Shown here: positions 7,721-12,169 of the stretch, piece by piece
How the letters are laid out: each line of letters opens with the position of its first letter
Numbering within the stretch: position 1 is the stretch's first letter
Assembly: GCA_046758365.1 (NCBI GenBank)
Contig: JBHIAC010000098.1
Span: 1 to 12,169, forward strand
Length of the DNA: 12,169 nt
DNA from: a bacterium
GTDB lineage: Bacteria; Zhuqueibacterota; Zhuqueibacteria; Oceanimicrobiales; Oceanimicrobiaceae
Direction of reading: 5' to 3'
Made by a program: the position numbers and the translations under genes
Notes under the pieces: generated by a model
Seen by the model: the letters and a program-made list of their open reading frames with translations, nothing else
Databases searched by the model: none
Told to the model about the DNA's origin: nothing

Positions 7721-8491
7721 TTAGACCTTTGAAGCCTCGACCATCAATGTCCAGCCGTTTTCAGCCCTCGAAAATAGATTAAAAAGAAAGCAAATTCCGC
7801 GACCAATGGTTATGAGTGCGGTGCGAATTAGGGCGGCTGGTAGAGTATTCATCTTTTCTGTAGAATAACTCAACTTGATAATTTTGAAGTCTAGCCGAGA
7901 GCCCAGGAGATAGCGATAGCGTATGAGATGAAAGCCTTGACTTTGCAATTTTGCATCAATAGTAGAGACGGTGTAAAACTGGCGGACTTTGTGCTTTTCG
8001 CGGTGCTTATCGCGCCAAGATTCCGGTATATCGGTTCGGCTCAGACTATCCAGTGTAAGGAGTAATCGTCCGCCCGACCTTAAGGCACGATTTGCCTCAG
8101 CTAATGCTTTTCGGTCGTTTTGCAGATGCTCAAAGACGCAAAAGCTTACCACAACGTCAAACGAGCCATCTTTCACGGGCAGCTCCTCTGCATTAGCTTT
8201 AAGGAAGACAAGGCCTTTTATGGCATGAAAGCGTGCTGCTTTTCGAAGCTTATCCTGATTAGTGTCAAAACCGATGACTAAAGCTCCCCGACGAACGATT
8301 CGGTAGTCGTAAGTTCCGTCGCCACAACCAATATCTAGAATTCGTTCGTTTGATTTTGGATTCAGCCATCGCATGGCTGGTGCCATTTCCATGACGCGTC
8401 GAAAGTTCCAATCCTTTCTTATGCGCAATTGGAAGAAGCCGTGCAGTCGCATTAGAATCTTGCCACCCCCCTGTTGATGGAGACGAATCAT
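7721..8491 (-). CDS. Class I SAM-dependent methyltransferase (Methyltransf_11-like); substrate unknown
   Basis: Motif I ILDIGCGDG, then VIGFD, AEELPVKDGSFDVVVS, VFEHL and RALRSGGRLLL. The start is uncertain; there is an alternative ATG at 8452. Confidence 0.9.
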   Translation of the reverse strand: MIRLHQQGGGKILMRLHGFFQLRIRKDWNFRRVMEMAPAMRWLNPKSNERILDIGCGDGTYDYRIVRRGALVIGFDTNQDKLRKAARFHAIKGLVFLKANAEELPVKDGSFDVVVSFCVFEHLQNDRKALAEANRALRSGGRLLLTLDSLSRTDIPESWRDKHREKHKVRQFYTVSTIDAKLQSQGFHLIRYRYLLGSRLDFKIIKLSYSTEKMNTLPAALIRTALITIGRGICFLFNLFSRAENGWTLMVEASKV

Positions 8492-8595
8492 AAATTCTAA
8501 TTTTTTAAAAAATATTTAGCTGAGCAATCCATCGGTTTATTTAATTTTAATATAATAAAAATTAAATTATTTTCAAGAATAATTACACTTCTATC

Positions 8596-8624
8596 TTGAT
8601 TTTCAAAATAAAATTTATTACTTT
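8596..8624 (+). promoter_or_regulatory. Possible sigma-70 promoter for the ccsA-like/activator operon
   Basis: TTGATT (8596-8601)-N17-TACTTT (8619-8624), 45 nt before the GTG at 8670, in an AT-rich divergent region. Confidence 0.4.
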
Positions 8625-8669
8625 TTTCAAAATGAAAAATTATATTAAATTAAAATAAATAATAATTGA

Positions 8670-9494
8670 GTGAAAGAATTTTTACTATTTTTTAGCTGGT
8701 TAGTTTGTGTATTTTACCTAATAAGTTTTGGGTATTATCTTTCGTATTTTAAAGAAAAAGAAGAACGTTTAGCATTTCAGATACGCCTTTGGTTAATTGT
8801 GGCGGCTCTTAGTCACTCTATTTATCTTGTATTTCTTGGCTTTCGGTTAGGCCATCTTCCAGTAGGCGATGTTTATCAGGCCCTAACCACCTGCGCTTGG
8901 CTGTTTGTACTGGTCTATCTCTTTTTAGAAATCCGTTTAAAAGAGATGACCCTGGGTGTTTTCTTCTTGCCAATCATAGTAATTTTACAGGCCATTTCTA
9001 ATTTTTTAATAGATGTAGATAAAGCTTTGGCCCCAGTTCTTACTGACATGATTTTTGAAGTACACGTGGCCATCATGATTTCAGCTTATGCTGCTTTTGC
9101 CATTTCATTTATTTCTAGTCTCATGTACATTTTACTTTCTAGGGAAATGCAGTCTAAACATTTGGGGATATTCTTCGAACGGCTTCCTTCGCTGGAATTT
9201 TTTGATAAACTCAGTAATCAAGCTGTTAATATTGGATTGGTTTTGGTTACTAGCGGTATTTTATTAGGTTTTTATATGGGTATAAATGTCTGGGAAGGTA
9301 GTTGGCCCTTGGACCCCAAATTGCTCGCCGTGGTTATTTCTTGGGCCATTTATTTTATTCATTTTGTAACCAGAAAATCTATCGGCTGGCAAGGACGGCG
9401 GGCTGCAATTGTTTCAGTCATCGGATTTAATTGGCTGTTGTTTTCTTTTATCATAGTAAGTTTGTTTTGGTCGAAATTTCATAATTTTCGTTAA
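8670..9494 (+). CDS. CcsA/HemX-family (cytochrome c assembly protein family) membrane protein
   Basis: About 8 hydrophobic segments, GHLP, a TM His in EVHVAI, YAAF, RLPSLE.FD, a degenerate WWD motif WEGSWPLDPK, GWQGRRAA and C-terminal HNF. It sits directly upstream of a HemA homologue, as in ccsA/hemX-hemA pairs. Confidence 0.88.
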   Translation: MKEFLLFFSWLVCVFYLISFGYYLSYFKEKEERLAFQIRLWLIVAALSHSIYLVFLGFRLGHLPVGDVYQALTTCAWLFVLVYLFLEIRLKEMTLGVFFLPIIVILQAISNFLIDVDKALAPVLTDMIFEVHVAIMISAYAAFAISFISSLMYILLSREMQSKHLGIFFERLPSLEFFDKLSNQAVNIGLVLVTSGILLGFYMGINVWEGSWPLDPKLLAVVISWAIYFIHFVTRKSIGWQGRRAAIVSVIGFNWLLFSFIIVSLFWSKFHNFR

Positions 9495-9500
9495 TTAGAT

Positions 9501-11492
9501 ATGGTAATCTTTGCTTTTGAAATTGCATTAAACAAGAAAGAAAAGTTGGGTCGGTGGTTTGAAAAGTTATCTATTAACTCTCAGGTTTTAAAGCGCATTA
9601 ACCATCAAATTCCATGCGATGAATTTTTCCTATTTAAATCCCGAAATGGTTTAGCGGTATTCGCCTCTACTAAGCACAAAAACACCCTTCCATCTCAATT
9701 CTTCCAGATTTTACAAAAAGAGTTTAAGAAACCTTTAGCCGTTTTAGAAAAAAATAGTTACCGCCTTGAAGGGCCTGAAGCCGTACGTCATTTTTACAAG
9801 TTGTCCATCGGTTTAGATCAAACAGGTGAATTTTGCCAATCATTGCAGGAATTTCGGCATTGTTTTGATGCGGCCCGTGAAGCGAATCTTACTGGACCCT
9901 ATCTGCATAAACTATTTCAGAGAGGAGTGTGGTTAGCAGAAAAAGTACGGCTGGAATTAAATTTGCAAAAGAATGCTGTAACTCCTGATTCTGTTGTTAC
10001 TGATTTGGCTCAGAAAATATTTGGGGATCTAAAAGATCATACAGCGCTGATCGTTACAAGAAGCGCACACTGTGAAAGTTTTGTTCAAAAACTATGCGAA
10101 AAAAATATTGGTGAATTACTTTTTGTGGATACGAATCGAGATAGTATGGAGGGACTGTGCGAACGGTATAGAGGTAGAAGAGTGACTGAAAGTCAACTAT
10201 CCTCTGTATTAACTTCAGTAGATTTGATATTGCTTTTTGATGAAAATATGAAAGAGCTCGTCAGCAATGCAAATATTACACAAATTATGAATCAACGCAA
10301 TAATTCACCTTTATTTTTACTCTCCTATCTTGATTATCCTTCTCAAGTCCAAATAAATAAACACGGGCTTTCAAAAATTTATAATCTTTATTATTTTACT
10401 AAAAATGATTTACAAAAAATTGTTACTTCAAACCTAAAAGAGCATCTGAAAATTGCCGAACTGGTTGAACAGTTGATTGATACTGAAGTACAGGAATATA
10501 TCACTTGGGTGTATTCTAAAGATCAGTATCGATTTGGAAATATCATTGGCAAAAGTAACGCCATGCAAAAAATTATGGAATTGATAGCCAAAATAGCTCA
10601 AACGGATATCTCGGTTTTGATTGATGGAGAAAGTGGCACAGGAAAAGAATTAGTGGCTCGGGCAATTCATGAACACAGCACCCGTGCAAAAAATCCCTTT
10701 GTCGTAGTGAATTGTGGCGCCATGCCCGAAAATCTTTTAGAGAGCGAATTATTTGGTCATGTTCGGGGGGCTTTTACTGGGGCCACCACCACCAAGAAAG
10801 GATTGTTTGAGGTAGCCAACCTTGGAACCATTTTTTTAGATGAGATAGGCGAAACTTCTCTGGCGATGCAGGTTAAGCTTTTGCGTTTTTTACAGGATGG
10901 AGAAATCAAACCCGTTGGTAGCAATCAAACTCTTAAATTGGACGTTCGTTTGATTACAGCGACAAACAGAGATTTGGAAAAAATGGTGGAGGAAGAAACC
11001 TTTAGAAAGGATCTTTACTATCGTTTGAATGTAATTCAATTAACTATTCCTCCGCTTAGAGACCGGAAGGAAGATATCTTACCTTTGGCTAATTTTTTTA
11101 TCAAAAAATATTCAACCAAAATTCATAAAAATGTGCATGGTTTGGATGAAGAAGCCGAACAGCTTTTAATGGATTATGAATGGCCAGGAAATGTTCGGGA
11201 GTTGGAAAATTCTATTGAAAGGGCCGTGGCGCTGTCCTCTGGTAAATTGCTTTCAAAAATGGACTTACCGCCTGCTATGTTAAAAAACAAGTCAATTAAA
11301 AATGTAAAGATTTATTCGAAAAATTTGACTCTAAAGGAATTGGAAAAAAATCACATTGCCGCTACTTTGCAAGAACATAATTGGAATTATGAATTAGTTA
11401 CAAAAATCTTAGGCATTGGACGAACAACACTCTGGCGAAAAATGAAAGAATATAATCTATACAACATACAAAATAATGAAAAAATGACTTGA
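9501..11492 (+). CDS. Sigma-54-dependent enhancer-binding protein with N-terminal degenerate glutamyl-tRNA reductase (HemA-like) domain
   Basis: C-terminal half: IIGKS, Walker A GESGTGKE, NCGA, ESELFGH..GAFTGA, Walker B FLDEIGE, FRKDLYYRLNV, WPGNVRELEN and HTH LGIGRTTLWRKM. N-terminal half: AVRHFYKLSIGLD, TGPYLHKLFQRG..LAEKVR, AV....V.DLAQKIFGDL and NLY....DLQKIV..NL...EV..Y..W, all collinear with GluTR. Confidence 0.92.
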   Translation: MVIFAFEIALNKKEKLGRWFEKLSINSQVLKRINHQIPCDEFFLFKSRNGLAVFASTKHKNTLPSQFFQILQKEFKKPLAVLEKNSYRLEGPEAVRHFYKLSIGLDQTGEFCQSLQEFRHCFDAAREANLTGPYLHKLFQRGVWLAEKVRLELNLQKNAVTPDSVVTDLAQKIFGDLKDHTALIVTRSAHCESFVQKLCEKNIGELLFVDTNRDSMEGLCERYRGRRVTESQLSSVLTSVDLILLFDENMKELVSNANITQIMNQRNNSPLFLLSYLDYPSQVQINKHGLSKIYNLYYFTKNDLQKIVTSNLKEHLKIAELVEQLIDTEVQEYITWVYSKDQYRFGNIIGKSNAMQKIMELIAKIAQTDISVLIDGESGTGKELVARAIHEHSTRAKNPFVVVNCGAMPENLLESELFGHVRGAFTGATTTKKGLFEVANLGTIFLDEIGETSLAMQVKLLRFLQDGEIKPVGSNQTLKLDVRLITATNRDLEKMVEEETFRKDLYYRLNVIQLTIPPLRDRKEDILPLANFFIKKYSTKIHKNVHGLDEEAEQLLMDYEWPGNVRELENSIERAVALSSGKLLSKMDLPPAMLKNKSIKNVKIYSKNLTLKELEKNHIAATLQEHNWNYELVTKILGIGRTTLWRKMKEYNLYNIQNNEKMT

Positions 11493-11517
11493 CAATAAAT
11501 ATATTTGTGATTATATT
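11489..11517 (+). promoter_or_regulatory. Sigma-70 promoter for the DtxR-family gene
   Basis: TTGACA (11489-11494)-N17-TATATT (11512-11517): a perfect -35, optimal spacing and a 5/6 match to the -10 consensus. The -35 overlaps the upstream TGA stop. Confidence 0.7.
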
Positions 11518-11619
11518 CATAACGTTTGTTTTATCTATAAATCAAATTATATGTAATTAAATCAAATAGATTACAAATATTTCGTTATATATTTATATAA
11601 TCAAGTTAGGAACAGAACA

Positions 11620-12156
11620 ATGCTTACCTGGAAAACTTTCGAACAAAACATTGTTACTCACAGCGCAGCTCATCATCTCATGACTATTTCTCAACTATTA
11701 AAGCAAAATGGATATGCGCGAGTTTCCGATGTAGCGCGAAAACTTGACATCACACGAGGCAGTGCTTCTATTACGCTTAAAGCTTTAAAGGAAAAAGGAT
11801 TTGTACGAGAAGATGAAAATAAATTCTTACGACTTTCAGAAGAAGGAGGTCGAATCAGTCATTCAATACAATCAAAGAGGATGATTCTGATTAAATTCAT
11901 GCAGGACGTGCTTCAGGTTGAAGCTGAGCAAGCCGAAAGCGATGCCTGTAAAATTGAACACCTTATTAGTTCTGAAACCGGAGAAAAATTACTCCAATTT
12001 TTGAAATTTCTTTTCTCAAATGAGCTCAAAGCTAAAGCATTCTTGAATGCCTATTGGAGCTATGAAAATAAATGCCTAGGTTTAGTAGAAGAGTGTGGTG
12101 TTTGTGAAACAGAATGTCTGGTACAGGAAGAGAAGAATGGGTCAAAGTCAAAATAA
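11620..12156 (+). CDS. DtxR/MntR-family metal-dependent transcriptional regulator with Cys-rich C-terminus
   Basis: Winged HTH ARVSDVARKLDITRGSASITLKALKEKGFV, LSEEG, and dimerisation/metal motif AESDACKIEHLIS. The tail is C-x6-C-x2-C-x3-C. AGGA (11608-11611) is 8 nt before the ATG. Confidence 0.9.
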   Translation: MLTWKTFEQNIVTHSAAHHLMTISQLLKQNGYARVSDVARKLDITRGSASITLKALKEKGFVREDENKFLRLSEEGGRISHSIQSKRMILIKFMQDVLQVEAEQAESDACKIEHLISSETGEKLLQFLKFLFSNELKAKAFLNAYWSYENKCLGLVEECGVCETECLVQEEKNGSKSK

Positions 12157-12169
12157 AATTTAGAAATGC

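Noticed and set aside
2998..8228. Plus-strand ORFs 2998-3429, 5252-5473, 5617-5850, 5657-5866, 6961-7245 and 7989-8228
   Set aside because: All lie antisense within well-supported minus-strand genes and show no family motifs.
8371..8385. Minus-strand TGGCACCAGCCATGC, a GG-N10-GC sigma-54-like match
   Set aside because: It lies inside the methyltransferase CDS (codons M-A-P-A-M-R) and has ATGC rather than TTGC. A non-exhaustive scan by eye found no convincing intergenic -24/-12 promoter, so the activator's target is probably outside the window.
7721..8491. Somewhat higher GC in the methyltransferase as a sign of horizontal transfer
   Set aside because: Parts of kbl are similarly GC-rich in spot counts, and no mobility genes, att sites or target duplications are visible.
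8492..8669. AT-only inverted repeats in the divergent promoter region as activator binding sites
   Set aside because: The region is extremely AT-rich, so such palindromes are expected by chance.
9501..10514. Annotating the fusion as a functional hemA, or as a hemA pseudogene
   Set aside because: The catalytic Cys, substrate Arg and Rossmann glycine motif are absent, so it is unlikely to be active. The frame is uninterrupted and continuous with an intact activator, so it is not a pseudogene.
12137..12169. Start of a downstream gene
   Set aside because: The ATG at 12137 closes after 8 codons, and the ATG at 12166 is at the window edge and cannot be evaluated.

Overview
AT-rich bacterial chromosomal window with three blocks. 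(1) Plus strand 1-1916: the 3' end of tdh, then kbl (threonine catabolism) and a closely coupled OsmC/YhfA-family gene. (2) Minus strand 2127-8491: a class I SAM methyltransferase, a CDP-alcohol phosphatidyltransferase with a degenerate nucleotidyltransferase-like N-terminus (probable CTG start, last motif Asp replaced by Asn), a Wzx/MOP-type flippase, and a SulP-STAS-cNMP-binding transporter. A GC-rich intergenic segment at about 7512-7662 looks like a structured RNA. (3) Plus strand 8670-12156: a CcsA/HemX-family membrane protein, then a 663-aa fusion, then a DtxR/MntR-family regulator with altered metal ligands and a four-Cys tail. The fusion is the most striking observation. Its N-terminal ~338 aa are a glutamyl-tRNA reductase (HemA) homologue that has lost the catalytic Cys, the substrate Arg and the NADPH glycine motif. 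This is joined to an intact sigma-54 activator (AAA+ with GAFTGA, Fis-type HTH). The known ccsA/hemX-hemA gene pair thus appears to have been repurposed as a membrane partner plus pseudoenzyme-sensor transcriptional activator, possibly sensing heme or tetrapyrrole status (inference). All family assignments come from motifs recognised by eye; no database searches were run.
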